In this document: positions 27,361 through 36,905 of the stretch, piece after piece
Position numbering within the stretch: position 1 is the first letter of the stretch
How the letters are laid out: each line of letters begins with the position of its first letter
NCBI GenBank assembly: GCA_041650915.1
Contig: JBAZKE010000001.1
Location: 315,284-379,283, forward strand
Origin: Patescibacteria group bacterium
GTDB taxonomy: Bacteria; Patescibacteriota; Patescibacteriia; UBA10025; JAHIVO01
Direction of reading: 5' to 3'
Length of the DNA stretch: 64,000 nucleotides
Made by a program: the position numbers and the translations under genes
The notes under the pieces: generated by a model
Told to the model about the DNA's origin: nothing
Databases searched by the model: none
What the model saw: the letters and a program-made list of their open reading frames with translations, nothing else

Positions 27361-27768
27361 TCAGTAATCAGCATCGTGCTCATCAATTTCGGTCATGCTC
27401 CATTCAAAGCCGCACGCTTGGCAGTGGAAATCGGTTTTCGCTACCTTCACGAATCGCGCCGGAAATGCAAAGCCGAACTTCGATCCGCGCGGGTATACGA
27501 GGTAATGGCGCGATCCGCAGCTTGGGCAGCACCGCTGTGCTGGTTTTTCCACGTCCGCGATAACTCCGATGACCAGGAGAAACCAGATCGTGAAAGCGAG
27601 CGAACTCGCTGCCACGAGGAGCCAGCCGATGACCGCGAAGACGATGTTGCCAGTGCCAAGACAGACCGATGAAAGCAGACGGAGCGCGAGAGCCATGAGC
27701 AGGAGCCTTGTCTTATGTGACATGCGCCCTCCAATGCAAAAAAAGAACTTTTGCTGATTGTAGCTCAC
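27361..27768 (-). CDS. Membrane protein with a C-terminal zinc ribbon
   Basis: Three TM segments followed by CPSCGSRHY...CQACGFEW. Confidence 0.5.
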   Translation of the reverse strand: MSYNQQKFFFCIGGRMSHKTRLLLMALALRLLSSVCLGTGNIVFAVIGWLLVAASSLAFTIWFLLVIGVIADVEKPAQRCCPSCGSRHYLVYPRGSKFGFAFPARFVKVAKTDFHCQACGFEWSMTEIDEHDADY

Positions 27769-27850
27769 CAGCGCCGAACCGTCAATGCCTCGCAGCTCGG
27801 TTGCCGTTCGGGGGAATTTTTTACCATATCATAGCCATGCGCCATGCATA

Positions 27851-27879
27851 CGGTGCCGGATTGACGTTGGCCGTTACCC
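27851..27879 (+). promoter_or_regulatory. Putative promoter for the 27936 gene
   Basis: TTGACG, 17-nt spacer, TAGGAT. A strong GAGGAGG SD precedes the ATG. Confidence 0.3.
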
Positions 27880-27935
27880 GTGTTAGGATGTATTGAAAAA
27901 CACACAACCATAAAACAACCATAGAGGAGGTTGAC

Positions 27936-29114
27936 ATGTCGAAGAAAGACTGGAAGGCAGCTTTTATTGCCGCTGCCACGAGTTTCCTGGGCAAGGAAAT
28001 GGTCCAGGGCCTGGAATCAAGAGGGCTGGTGGACAAGCTGGCTGAACTCGGTTTGCTGCCCAAGCGTATTCCCGGCGGGGTGCACGGCGTCAATGCCGTT
28101 TTTGCCGCGCTGAAGGAACTCGTGGTTCAGCAAATGCCCGATAGGAACGTGCGTGCGTTTCTTGATTCCATCGCGGAAGAGATGGAGAGGCGGTACCGGC
28201 CTATCACTGCGGTATATGACCGCGTAGAACGTCGCACATTGCGCGGTGGGAGCGCGCCGCAGCAAGCTCCGGCTGCGGGCGGGGTCGGTGATGAGGGCAT
28301 GAGTGCCGCGGATATGCGCGCTTTCGATGCGCTCACATCCATGCCCCTGTCGCATTGGGACTTGGCGCGGAAGTATGTCCATGCGGCACCGGACAAGCGG
28401 GGGTTTCAACAGCGGATCAATGAAGTTACCACCTCGTTGATGGCCGACTACCACAGCGGCGCAGCCATGGGCACGTCATTGGCGTCACTGGTCAATCCCG
28501 GTTTTTCTGAGCCAGTTTCCTGGGAAGAGGGGTTTGCCTGTTTCCACATCGACGAACTGGTCGAGATGGCGATCCAGGCTCGCCTGGACTCGGTGGAATG
28601 GATGCTGCAGTATTGCACCCGAACCTACTTGCTGTCACTGTTTCATTTTCTGGAGGCTGCTGAAACGGACTCTGCGGTCAAGGCTGAGTTGCATGCCGCC
28701 ATTGGGCAGATCAAGCGGGAACCCCTGCCGCAAATGAATCGGAAAAAAATCGTGATCAAGGCCTGGCATCGCTCGGAGGTCAAGACGATTCTCCTGCGGG
28801 AATTGCAGGATTACATGAGCGGTGATTTTATCAACGTGTCGATTGAGGAGGGCCAAACCATCGTGGTGGATGCTTTGCTCAAAACGATACCGAGTGAGCA
28901 GGAGCTCCAGCAGGAAATTGGCATTACGTTCCTGCAGATACACGATCGGTTCATGAAGGAATTCGGCATGGAAACGGATCCGCGAAGCTACGAGGACCGG
29001 CTTCAGGAAGCCCGAGAGCAGTTTTCTGAGTTAGCTCCGGAAGTGGCAGCCGCTTTCCAAACGATCATTGAATTCGTTGCCACGGACGCAGGCGGGAACC
29101 ATCCTGCCTCTTGA
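27936..29114 (+). CDS. Hypothetical soluble protein (392 aa)
   Basis: Strong SD, no TM, no recognisable motif. Followed by an intrinsic terminator. Confidence 0.55.
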   Translation: MSKKDWKAAFIAAATSFLGKEMVQGLESRGLVDKLAELGLLPKRIPGGVHGVNAVFAALKELVVQQMPDRNVRAFLDSIAEEMERRYRPITAVYDRVERRTLRGGSAPQQAPAAGGVGDEGMSAADMRAFDALTSMPLSHWDLARKYVHAAPDKRGFQQRINEVTTSLMADYHSGAAMGTSLASLVNPGFSEPVSWEEGFACFHIDELVEMAIQARLDSVEWMLQYCTRTYLLSLFHFLEAAETDSAVKAELHAAIGQIKREPLPQMNRKKIVIKAWHRSEVKTILLRELQDYMSGDFINVSIEEGQTIVVDALLKTIPSEQELQQEIGITFLQIHDRFMKEFGMETDPRSYEDRLQEAREQFSELAPEVAAAFQTIIEFVATDAGGNHPAS

Positions 29115-29134
29115 AGAGAAATCTTTGCCCGTGA

Positions 29135-29165
29135 GGTCCGCAGACGCGCCTGCGGACCTTTTTTA
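29135..29165. terminator. Intrinsic terminator
   Basis: GGTCCGCAG-acgcgc-CTGCGGACCtttttt. Confidence 0.8.
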
Positions 29166-29341
29166 TACCTTACGATGTGCCGCAGTGTGTCCAAAAATGG
29201 GGGTCCCGAGAAAATAAGCATGTACATAAAAAATACAGATAACGGCAACGCGAACATGGGTTCTGGCACGCAGGCTTGATCCGAAGCCAAACTCAAAAGA
29301 ACTGTCCTTGCGGCGCAGTTCTTTTGAAATTTACAGTGATT

Positions 29342-30487
29342 TTATTTGGTTGCCGGGGGCTGCTGTGCCGGAGTGTCTGTTTTTTTCTTCTTTGCTACGA
29401 TGATGATGACCACGATCAGCACCAGGACAACTGCTGCTCCGCCGATTATCAAATACAGCGTCAGCGAGTCTTCGTCCTCATCGTCATCTGCAGTTGCATT
29501 TGTATTGCGGTTGCCATTCGCCGTCACAGCTGTATTCGCATTGCTCGCCGCGTTGGTAGTGGCGTTGGTATTCTGGTTTACTGCAGTTGCGCCGCCATTG
29601 GTATTCGCATTCGCCGTTGCAATGAGGTTCGGGTCAGTATCCCCGGTGCCGCTGTTGGTGTTCGCCGTTGAAGGAGCGGCGATCACCATTTCGTACTCTG
29701 CGGGGGTACTGCCGTTGTAATAGTACGAGCCGACTTTCAGGAATACATTCGTGCCTTCGCTCGCCTGCACCGAGCTGGTAAGGATGCTGCCTTCATTGCT
29801 GCCAGTCTGCCAGTCAACCTCCGCGCGGTTGGCGTCATACACGAGCAATTCTAATTGCGCATCGGTCGGCGGTGTCACCGTGATGGTGTACGTGCCGCTT
29901 GCAGCCGGCACCAGGACAAACATGTCCGCCGTGTCATTGCCGCCTGCGCCATCGCCCGTCACATATCCCTGTGTCGTGCCAGCGTCTACACTGACTGCAC
30001 CGTCAAATGTTGCCGGCGCATCTTTGCTTGATCCGGCATCATGCTTATCGGCGATGGTAAGGGTCAGGTCATACGAAGCGCTGCCGTCGCCATCCGAAGC
30101 CAGCATCAGGTAGTATGTGTACGACTGCTCGTCGCCGTTCACTAGCCAATCGGCCGTGAGGGTAACGGTGGAATAATTCGCATCGAATTCTTCCACGACC
30201 TGGTTCCGGTCCTGGTCGTATAGGGCAACGGTGCTGATCGTTCCCATGTCGGTAGCGGATGTGAACAGCACCTTGGCCGTCATCTGCTGGCCCTGGCCGA
30301 GCGTGACGTAGAAATACTGCGTCATGTCTTCGCTGATCGCTCCGCCGGTGTACGTGCCGGCCTGGAGCTCGACAGCTGCCTCCATACTGTTTCCGCCGGC
30401 GATAGTCGCTGCCTGGCAGTCCGCCTCCGGGAGGGCGATGGCGAGCACGCCGATCGCTGCCGCGAAGAGGAAGATTTTTTTGTTCAT
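29342..30487 (-). CDS. Cell-surface protein with a signal peptide, beta-rich domain, Asn/Thr low-complexity stalk and a C-terminal TM anchor with a KKKK stop-transfer
   Basis: MNKKIFLFAAAIGVLAIALPEA... then ...NTNSGTGDTDPN...ANTAVTANGNRN...LYLIIGGAAVVLVLIVVIIIVAKKKK. Confidence 0.65.
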   Translation of the reverse strand: MNKKIFLFAAAIGVLAIALPEADCQAATIAGGNSMEAAVELQAGTYTGGAISEDMTQYFYVTLGQGQQMTAKVLFTSATDMGTISTVALYDQDRNQVVEEFDANYSTVTLTADWLVNGDEQSYTYYLMLASDGDGSASYDLTLTIADKHDAGSSKDAPATFDGAVSVDAGTTQGYVTGDGAGGNDTADMFVLVPAASGTYTITVTPPTDAQLELLVYDANRAEVDWQTGSNEGSILTSSVQASEGTNVFLKVGSYYYNGSTPAEYEMVIAAPSTANTNSGTGDTDPNLIATANANTNGGATAVNQNTNATTNAASNANTAVTANGNRNTNATADDDEDEDSLTLYLIIGGAAVVLVLIVVIIIVAKKKKTDTPAQQPPATK

Positions 30488-30656
30488 AATCCCTTTCGTT
30501 ATTAGTGCTTATTAATGGGTCCATATTCATTATAAGAGCTTTATCCACAGAAATCAATTATTAGAAATCCAAAAATTAAGTTGTTTTCATATCGTTGCCG
30601 ACTGCCGGTATCGGGTGTAACATAACCGTATAAATGGCATTCTGATCGTCGAACGT

Positions 30657-31049
30657 ATGGAAACAGAACATCCACACGCGCTTCCGGAGCATATCCAGAA
30701 GATGGCGAATACGATGCAAGAGCAAGCGAACGAGCGGATTGACGGCATCATTGAGCGGCACGGCCGGAGCAGCGAACGGTACGTGGACGCAGTCAGGGCG
30801 CTCGAGCGTGCATCCGCAGGCGACAGTGAGGTGCTGACCCGGCTGCAGATCGCGCTGGACGCAGAGGCGAGCGGCGATAGGTACCAGGATGAACAGCGCA
30901 TCGGCGATGCGGCACGCTTTATCGCCGACAGGTTCGGCAATCCGTACGATGGCGGAAAAACGGTTTCACGGGAGGAGCTTTCGGAGCTGTGCGCACAGGC
31001 GTTCGACGTGCTCGTCAAAGAAGAGTACGGATACTTTGAAAACCGGTAG
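30657..31049 (+). CDS. Hypothetical acidic protein
   Basis: 130-aa ORF. Confidence 0.45.
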   Translation: METEHPHALPEHIQKMANTMQEQANERIDGIIERHGRSSERYVDAVRALERASAGDSEVLTRLQIALDAEASGDRYQDEQRIGDAARFIADRFGNPYDGGKTVSREELSELCAQAFDVLVKEEYGYFENR

Positions 31050-31318
31050 CACGGCAGCGATCGTGGCTTGAATTTTTTTTATTCGTTTGCTACATTAAAA
31101 ATGCCTGGTGAGTGTTAACTAGGCTTTTTGTTGTTTAACCATTTGGCCGGCGTTGGAGGGTAAGTATTACTCATGAAACGCTCATTGTGTCTGGTGGTCG
31201 TCTGCTGACAAATCACGAAACTAGCAACTCGCCCGGTGTGGAGGCGCGCCACCTGCGGTAGAGTACAGTGACGTAGCTCGCAGGAGCACCACCGTTCAAA
31301 GCAATCCTGCACAGCGCA

Positions 31319-31361
31319 TGGGCGTCCCAACAGTATCTTCGTTTCCGGGACGCCTTTTTTT
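31319..31361. terminator. Intrinsic terminator ending a roughly 270-nt non-coding tail
   Basis: GGGCGTCCC-(loop)-GGGACGCCttttttt. Confidence 0.75.
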
Positions 31362-31388
31362 ATCAGCGAGAGGTCCGGTGTCGGCACC

Positions 31389-31417
31389 TTGTTTTAGAAT
31401 GCGATATTGCGTACAAT
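31389..31417 (+). promoter_or_regulatory. Putative promoter giving leaderless mRNA for the 31424 gene
   Basis: TTGTTT, 17-nt spacer, TACAAT. The -10 ends 6 nt before the ATG. Confidence 0.4.
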
Positions 31418-31423
31418 TGAGGC

Positions 31424-31990
31424 ATGAAAAAATTAAATCTTAAGGACCTCCAGTCCGACAATCCGCACGTCAAGTACTGCTGCGCCAAGCAGGCGATTGC
31501 GCTGTCTGCGGAAAATCCAGCCGCGCTGCACCGGAAGCTCGGGGTGTTCGTTCCGTTCCTCGATGGCGGGAATAACGTGCTCCGCTGGACTGCGCTTATC
31601 GTGATCGGCAACCTCGCTTCTGTGGACAGCACAGGCGCCATCATCAAGCTCGTACCGCGCCTTATCGCATTCATTAAAGACGCTTCCCTCATAACGGCTG
31701 GCAACGCGGTCAAGGCGCTCGGCAAGATCGCGCGGCACAAGCCGCGGCTGCGCAAGAAGATACTAAGGGCTCTTGTGGGCGTTGAGAAGGTGACGTACTA
31801 CAATAAGGGCAAGCCGTCCCCTGAGTGTGGGAACATCATGGTCGGCAACGTGCTCGACGTGCTCGGCGGATTTGCCGGCGAGCTCCGCGGCAGCGCAGCC
31901 GTAACCGCGTTTGCCCGGCGGCATACGCACAACAAGCGCCCGGCTGTTAAGCAGCGCGCCGCTGAGCTGCTTTCCCGAATTAACAAGTAA
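31424..31990 (+). CDS. HEAT/armadillo-like helical repeat protein
   Basis: Repetitive alpha-helical pattern (LVPRLIAFIKDASLITAGNAVKALGKIA...). 188 aa. Confidence 0.4.
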   Translation: MKKLNLKDLQSDNPHVKYCCAKQAIALSAENPAALHRKLGVFVPFLDGGNNVLRWTALIVIGNLASVDSTGAIIKLVPRLIAFIKDASLITAGNAVKALGKIARHKPRLRKKILRALVGVEKVTYYNKGKPSPECGNIMVGNVLDVLGGFAGELRGSAAVTAFARRHTHNKRPAVKQRAAELLSRINK

Positions 31991-32001
31991 GGTTAAAAAA
32001 T

Positions 32002-32421
32002 ATGTCATGGATTATTTTCGCGCTGCTCGCCGCGGTATTTGCCGCGCTCGTCGCGATTTTCGGCAAGATCGGCATTGCCGGCATCGACACGACGCTCGCG
32101 ACGGCCGTCCGCTCGGTCATCATGGCGGGTTTTTTGGTGATTACCGCGCTCGTGCTTGGGAAGGCAACACTGCTCCCGACTATCAACGGCAGGGCACTGC
32201 TGTACATCGCGCTGTCCGGCATTGCCGGCGCGCTATCGTGGCTTTTTTACTTTTTCGCGCTCAAGAACGGCCCGGCATCCGGCGTCGCGGCGCTCGATCG
32301 GACGAGCGTTGTGTTTGTGCTCCTGCTCGCGATCCTGTTTCTCGGCGAGCGCCTCACCTGGAAGACCGGCATTGGCGCCAGCTTTGTCGGCATCGGTGCG
32401 ATACTCATGGCGATGAAGTAG
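32002..32421 (+). CDS. EamA-like / small DMT-superfamily 4-TM transporter
   Basis: 139 aa with 4 TM. Conserved FFALKNGPASGVAALDRTSVVFVLLLAILFLGERL. Confidence 0.65.
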   Translation: MSWIIFALLAAVFAALVAIFGKIGIAGIDTTLATAVRSVIMAGFLVITALVLGKATLLPTINGRALLYIALSGIAGALSWLFYFFALKNGPASGVAALDRTSVVFVLLLAILFLGERLTWKTGIGASFVGIGAILMAMK

Positions 32422-32425
32422 CAGC

Positions 32426-32887
32426 ATGGGCACGCGGATGCAACCAAGCCTCATCGCACCGTGCGGCATGAACTGCGCCATTTGCGCGGCATTTTTGCGC
32501 GAAAAGAACAAGTGCCCGGGGTGCCTTTTTAAAAATAAGAACAAGCCCGCAAGCTGCGTGTACTGCGTGATAAAAAAATGCCCAAAGCGCCTGCGCAATG
32601 GCTGGGCATATTGTTTTGAATGTGATACGTGCCCATGCGACCGTTTGGAGCATTTGGATAAGCGGTATCGCACTCATTACCACATGAGCATGCTTGATAA
32701 TTTAAAGTTCATCAAGCAAAAAGGCATGAAAGCGTTCCTTGCTCGGGAGCGCAAGAAATGGACGTGCACAAAGTGCGGGGGAACCATCTGCTGCCATAAT
32801 GGCCTGTGCTATTCCTGCCAGCTAAAAGAATTGAAAGCAAAAAAACGCAAGTACCGTTGGGAGGAATACATTAGAATAGCTAAATAA
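32426..32887 (+). CDS. DUF3795-family Cys-rich protein
   Basis: CGMNCAICAAF...CPGC...CVYC...CFEC at the N-terminus. A second Cys cluster CTKCGGTICCHNGLCYSC. Confidence 0.55.
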   Translation: MGTRMQPSLIAPCGMNCAICAAFLREKNKCPGCLFKNKNKPASCVYCVIKKCPKRLRNGWAYCFECDTCPCDRLEHLDKRYRTHYHMSMLDNLKFIKQKGMKAFLARERKKWTCTKCGGTICCHNGLCYSCQLKELKAKKRKYRWEEYIRIAK

Positions 32888-32997
32888 AAAGCGGCAAGCT
32901 TCCAAGCATTCTGCTGTAATGGCAGCGTAGTAAAAAAAAGAGCGCAGCCCAACGTTGCGTTGGCGGGCTGCGCTATCAGCTTCGGACGGCGTGCCGG

Positions 32998-33426
32998 TTA
33001 GAGTGCGGCGGGAATTAATTTCGGATCAACGAACGTGCGGCGTCGCCCGTCTGAGAAGCGGGGCCTGCGCCAGAATAGGGGCTCGATTTTCCGTGCATGA
33101 TCCGCTTCGTGCTCTTCGACGTACACATACAGCGCACGCGAATCGGGCAGCGGCTTTTTCGATTTGATACACAAGCCGAATTCGCTTCCCGGAACCGCTA
33201 CGTTGGTGCGGTGCTTGTTCCACTCGAGTGAGCGGACCGCGAATACGTTCGCTTGACTTGGCGACGGATGGCTGCCCGGGTTCTGCTCGAAGATGTAGAC
33301 AGTCGCGTTATTACTGAATCCGTTCACCGCAGCGACAAGGTTGAGATACCTGAGCGTCTTAAAGCGTGACGGAAAGGTACCCGTTACCATGCCCACTGGA
33401 ACGAGTTTCCCAGTTACCTTGGCCAT
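32998..33426 (-). CDS. Hypothetical protein
   Basis: 142-aa ORF. Weak beta-barrel-like pattern, so unsure. Confidence 0.35.
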   Translation of the reverse strand: MAKVTGKLVPVGMVTGTFPSRFKTLRYLNLVAAVNGFSNNATVYIFEQNPGSHPSPSQANVFAVRSLEWNKHRTNVAVPGSEFGLCIKSKKPLPDSRALYVYVEEHEADHARKIEPLFWRRPRFSDGRRRTFVDPKLIPAAL

Positions 33427-33630
33427 GTATTGCCTCTCTTTCTGTGAAAAAGGTTTTTTGTACGAACGAGCTTTTTTATTCTTGATATTGTTGTATCGTA
33501 GTACGTAGAGCTGCAGCAGTCAAGGCGCGAGAGCACGATCGCACTCCCGCCATGGTTTTTACACATGGCATCGAGCTGCTGGCTTTGATTATTATTTGCA
33601 CGATTTGACCCGCTGCCTAATGGCTGTACA

Positions 33631-34056
33631 ATGATAAGTGCTATGCAGGCAGGAATGAAGATACATCACGCTGAAAATATGAAAACGAGCGCACCGGCAC
33701 TGAGGCTGTTTTTTTTCTGGTCGGGCATCATCGCGACGTTCGCGTACCGGGTCATCATCGTGCTGAATTTCTACAGCCCCGTCTGGGTACAAGCCGCGTG
33801 GTATGTCGGAACAATCGGATTCATCGTTTACTTCGCGCACCGGTACCTCGTTACGGAGCGCCGTGCGAAAATGATCGAGGAGCACGGGCTCCTGCGCAAA
33901 GTCGAGTCGCTGCCGATAGATAGCCACGACCGCGAGGTGATGCGGTACGTATTTGAGTCGCTCTCGACATCGAAGGAAAAGTGGAACTACATCGTTATCT
34001 TCGGGTTATCGGGGATCGCGCTCATCATCGGGCTGATTATGGATTTCATCGTTTAG
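33631..34056 (+). CDS. Integral membrane protein (4 TM)
   Basis: Hydrophobic segments over 141 aa. Confidence 0.45.
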   Translation: MISAMQAGMKIHHAENMKTSAPALRLFFFWSGIIATFAYRVIIVLNFYSPVWVQAAWYVGTIGFIVYFAHRYLVTERRAKMIEEHGLLRKVESLPIDSHDREVMRYVFESLSTSKEKWNYIVIFGLSGIALIIGLIMDFIV

Positions 34057-34088
34057 CTGGTTTGGTGTAAGCGGCTTGCCGCAGGCGT

Positions 34089-34457
34089 ATGCCAGATGCG
34101 TATACCACATTAACGGAAGAGGAAGAACGCGTTATCATCCGCAAGGGGACTGAGGCGCCGTTTTCTGGTGAATACGAAAAGTACGCTGGGCAGGGCGTGT
34201 ACGCGTGCAAACGGTGCGGTGCGGAGCTATACCGCTCGGATGATAAGTTCGACGCGCGCTGCGGGTGGCCGAGCTTCGATGATGCGATTCCCGGCGCGGT
34301 ACAGCAGGTACCCGATGCCGACGGGATGCGGACGGAGATCGTATGCAGGAACTGCGGCGGGCACCTCGGGCACGTGTTCGAGGGCGAGGGTTTCACCCCC
34401 AAGAATACGCGGCACTGCGTGAACTCGATTTCCCTGAAATTTAAGAAGAAGGAATAG
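34089..34457 (+). CDS. msrB: Peptide-methionine (R)-S-oxide reductase MsrB
   Basis: CGWPSF and [22 protein letters not shown] are SelR/MsrB hallmarks, including the zinc CxxC pairs. Confidence 0.9.
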   Translation: MPDAYTTLTEEEERVIIRKGTEAPFSGEYEKYAGQGVYACKRCGAELYRSDDKFDARCGWPSFDDAIPGAVQQVPDADGMRTEIVCRNCGGHLGHVFEGEGFTPKNTRHCVNSISLKFKKKE

Positions 34458-34523
34458 GCTCTACTTTTTGTGACCCCACGTTTTTTTGTAAACATCCTGG
34501 TCGGAGATTAACGATTCCATACT

Positions 34524-35021
34524 ATGAGTGAGAATACACAAACAGCGTACTTCGCGGGCGGATGCTTCTGGGGCGTGGAATACTATTTCCAGAAAGAACC
34601 GGGAGTGCTGAGTACTCGCGTTGGGTATATGGGAGGCAGTGCAGAACATCCGTCATATGAGCAGGTCTGCAGTTCAGCTACCGGCCATGCCGAAACAATC
34701 GAGGTCATCTTTGATCCTGCGAAGACGGATTTTGCATCGCTCGCGAAGCTCTTTTTTGAGATTCACGACCCGGGCCAGCGGAACCGGCAGGGACCTGATA
34801 TCGGCAGCCAGTACCGTTCTGCCATATTTTATGCGACCGCAGAGCAAAAGAAGATATCAGAGCATTTGATCGAAATTTTGAAGGACAAAGGGTTTCCCGT
34901 AGTCACTGAAATAGTACCGGCAGATACGTTTTGGCCCGCGGAAGAGTATCACCAGGCGTACTACCAGAAGAACGGCCAACTGCCATACTGCCACCGGCGC
35001 ATTAAAAAGTTTTTAAACTAA
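34524..35021 (+). CDS. msrA: Peptide-methionine (S)-S-oxide reductase MsrA
   Basis: AYFAGGCFWGVE active-site motif. 165 aa. Confidence 0.9.
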   Translation: MSENTQTAYFAGGCFWGVEYYFQKEPGVLSTRVGYMGGSAEHPSYEQVCSSATGHAETIEVIFDPAKTDFASLAKLFFEIHDPGQRNRQGPDIGSQYRSAIFYATAEQKKISEHLIEILKDKGFPVVTEIVPADTFWPAEEYHQAYYQKNGQLPYCHRRIKKFLN

Positions 35022-35031
35022 GAGGACGCCT

Positions 35032-36357
35032 ATGAATAAGCAAATAACCGTAGCAGCGACAATCATTATAGCAATAGCCGTTTTGGGAGGCGCGTTCGCA
35101 TACTATTTTCTGAAGGATAATACGTCTGTGCTGAGCGGGCCGCTTACCAACGATCAGCTTGATGAAAATAACCTCAACAATACCAATGCCGCCACGAATA
35201 CGGCAACCAATGCCGCCCGGGATTCCGGCAGCGAGGGCAGCCCGGCTGACCTCGTAACGCTCGTACCGTTGGAGCTGACAGTGCCTGAGCAGTATGCGAC
35301 TGGAGTTTTTGCGCAGAATCGGATGCTCAACGCGCCCGCAGGCTTCACAGTGTCCGTATTTGCGGCAGGCTTGCAGGAGCCTCGCTTTATGGCGTTCGAT
35401 AATGAGGGCAACCTGATCGTAGCGGATAAAGGCGCGGGTGCACTGTATGTATTGCCTGACGAAAACGGCGACGGTGCGGCGGATGGGAAAATTCAGATCG
35501 ACAGCGGCCTCCGGGTAATGCACAGCGTATTTTATTACAAAGGCAACCTGTACGCGGCTGAGGAGCACCAGGTGAGCGTATACCGTAGCTTCCGGCCCGA
35601 TGGAACGTATACTACCAAGGAAATCGTCGTTCCCGGGTTGCCGTCGGATGGCGGACATTCGACCCGAACGGTGGTCGTCGGTCCCGACGAAAAAATGTAC
35701 GTATCGATCGGCTCGTCGTGCAACCTGTGCGAGGAAACTGACGGGCGCCGTGCGGCGATCATGCGGTATGACCTCGACGGCAGCAATGGCGAGGTCTTTG
35801 CATCCGGTTTGCGCAATTCGGTGGGCATCGAGTTTTACGACGGAGACCTGTGGGCGGTCGACAACGGCAGGGACAGGATCGGAGACGACATCCCTCCCGA
35901 AGAGGTTAACGTTATCGCCAAGGGCGGGCACTACGGCTGGCCGTACTGCTACGGCGACCGTATTGTGAATCCCGAGTATGCGGGAGCGCGTGAAGCGTTT
36001 TGTACCGATGAAACCGTGCCGCCGGCGTACAGCATGCAGGCGCACTCGGCACCGCTCGGCATGGAGTTCATGGCTTCCGAGGCAGAAAACAGCGGGAATT
36101 TTCCGCACAACCTTGCCGGTAACCTGTTTATCGGCTTCCATGGCTCGTGGAACCGGACCGTACCGACCGGGTACAAGGTCGTGCGCATTGATACGAATTC
36201 AGCCGGCAGCGGGACGATCAATTTTGTGACCGGCTGGCTGCAGGAAGACGGCAATGCGTGGGGCAGGCCGGTCGACGTCGAGTTCAGCCCGGACGGCACG
36301 CTGTACATTTCGGACGACGAAGCTGGTGCCATTTACCGCGTTGTATACAAAAGCTAG
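35032..36357 (+). CDS. PQQ-dependent sugar dehydrogenase family beta-propeller protein (soluble glucose/sorbosone dehydrogenase-like), membrane-anchored
   Basis: N-terminal TM. ...NGRDRIGDDIPPEEVNVIAKGGHYGWPYCYG... is typical of the sGDH/YliI family. Confidence 0.7.
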   Translation: MNKQITVAATIIIAIAVLGGAFAYYFLKDNTSVLSGPLTNDQLDENNLNNTNAATNTATNAARDSGSEGSPADLVTLVPLELTVPEQYATGVFAQNRMLNAPAGFTVSVFAAGLQEPRFMAFDNEGNLIVADKGAGALYVLPDENGDGAADGKIQIDSGLRVMHSVFYYKGNLYAAEEHQVSVYRSFRPDGTYTTKEIVVPGLPSDGGHSTRTVVVGPDEKMYVSIGSSCNLCEETDGRRAAIMRYDLDGSNGEVFASGLRNSVGIEFYDGDLWAVDNGRDRIGDDIPPEEVNVIAKGGHYGWPYCYGDRIVNPEYAGAREAFCTDETVPPAYSMQAHSAPLGMEFMASEAENSGNFPHNLAGNLFIGFHGSWNRTVPTGYKVVRIDTNSAGSGTINFVTGWLQEDGNAWGRPVDVEFSPDGTLYISDDEAGAIYRVVYKS

Positions 36358-36438
36358 ACTTCCGTCGTGTTTGTAAAAAAAATCCCCAGTCCAGAGCCTA
36401 GCGGCGCTGAACCAGGGATTGATCGAGGAGGGAGGTAC

Positions 36439-36768
36439 CTATAAGCAGGTATTGCAAACGGTTTTGGTTTTCTTCAGCAATCCTTGCCGATGAAAATCTT
36501 TCACGTTTTTCTTGCAGTACAGCCATGCGCCGGCCAGCATGATGACCAGTACCGAAATGAACAGAGCGAGTGCTCCGTTCATCAATGGGTGGATTATCTG
36601 CTGGTTTAGGCAGTGATCGTACGCGTCTGAGGGGATTTGCAATCCACCGCATGACGGGGCGAGCGTGCCTCCGGTGAGAAAGTAAACCGCAATGAGCGGA
36701 ATCAATGCGATCAGGTATACTTTCCCGATCGCAAACACATTGAATTCCGTAGTGGGGTTGTTTTTCAT
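36439..36768 (-). CDS. Small membrane protein
   Basis: 109 aa with 3 TM. Confidence 0.4.
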   Translation of the reverse strand: MKNNPTTEFNVFAIGKVYLIALIPLIAVYFLTGGTLAPSCGGLQIPSDAYDHCLNQQIIHPLMNGALALFISVLVIMLAGAWLYCKKNVKDFHRQGLLKKTKTVCNTCL

Positions 36769-36889
36769 TTTTAGACCTCCGTGTCCAGTTTATGTTTACG
36801 AATCAATGTACAAATCTACGAGCAACTACGCATTCTACAGTATGGGCGGTATTTTGTCAAGGCCTGGAGTGCGAAGAGCAGCTGCTTTG

Positions 36890-36898
36890 TGGTACAAT
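36890..36898 (+). promoter_or_regulatory. Extended -10 promoter (TGgTACAAT) giving a leaderless transcript for the helicase-nuclease gene
   Basis: TG-n-TACAAT ends 7 nt before the ATG at 36906. Confidence 0.3.
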
Positions 36899-36905
36899 AC
36901 GGAGT

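Noticed and set aside
31115-31387. 90-aa minus-strand ORF in the candidate ncRNA region
   Set aside because: Cys/Arg-rich with no motif. Spans the strong plus-strand terminator and lacks any start context.
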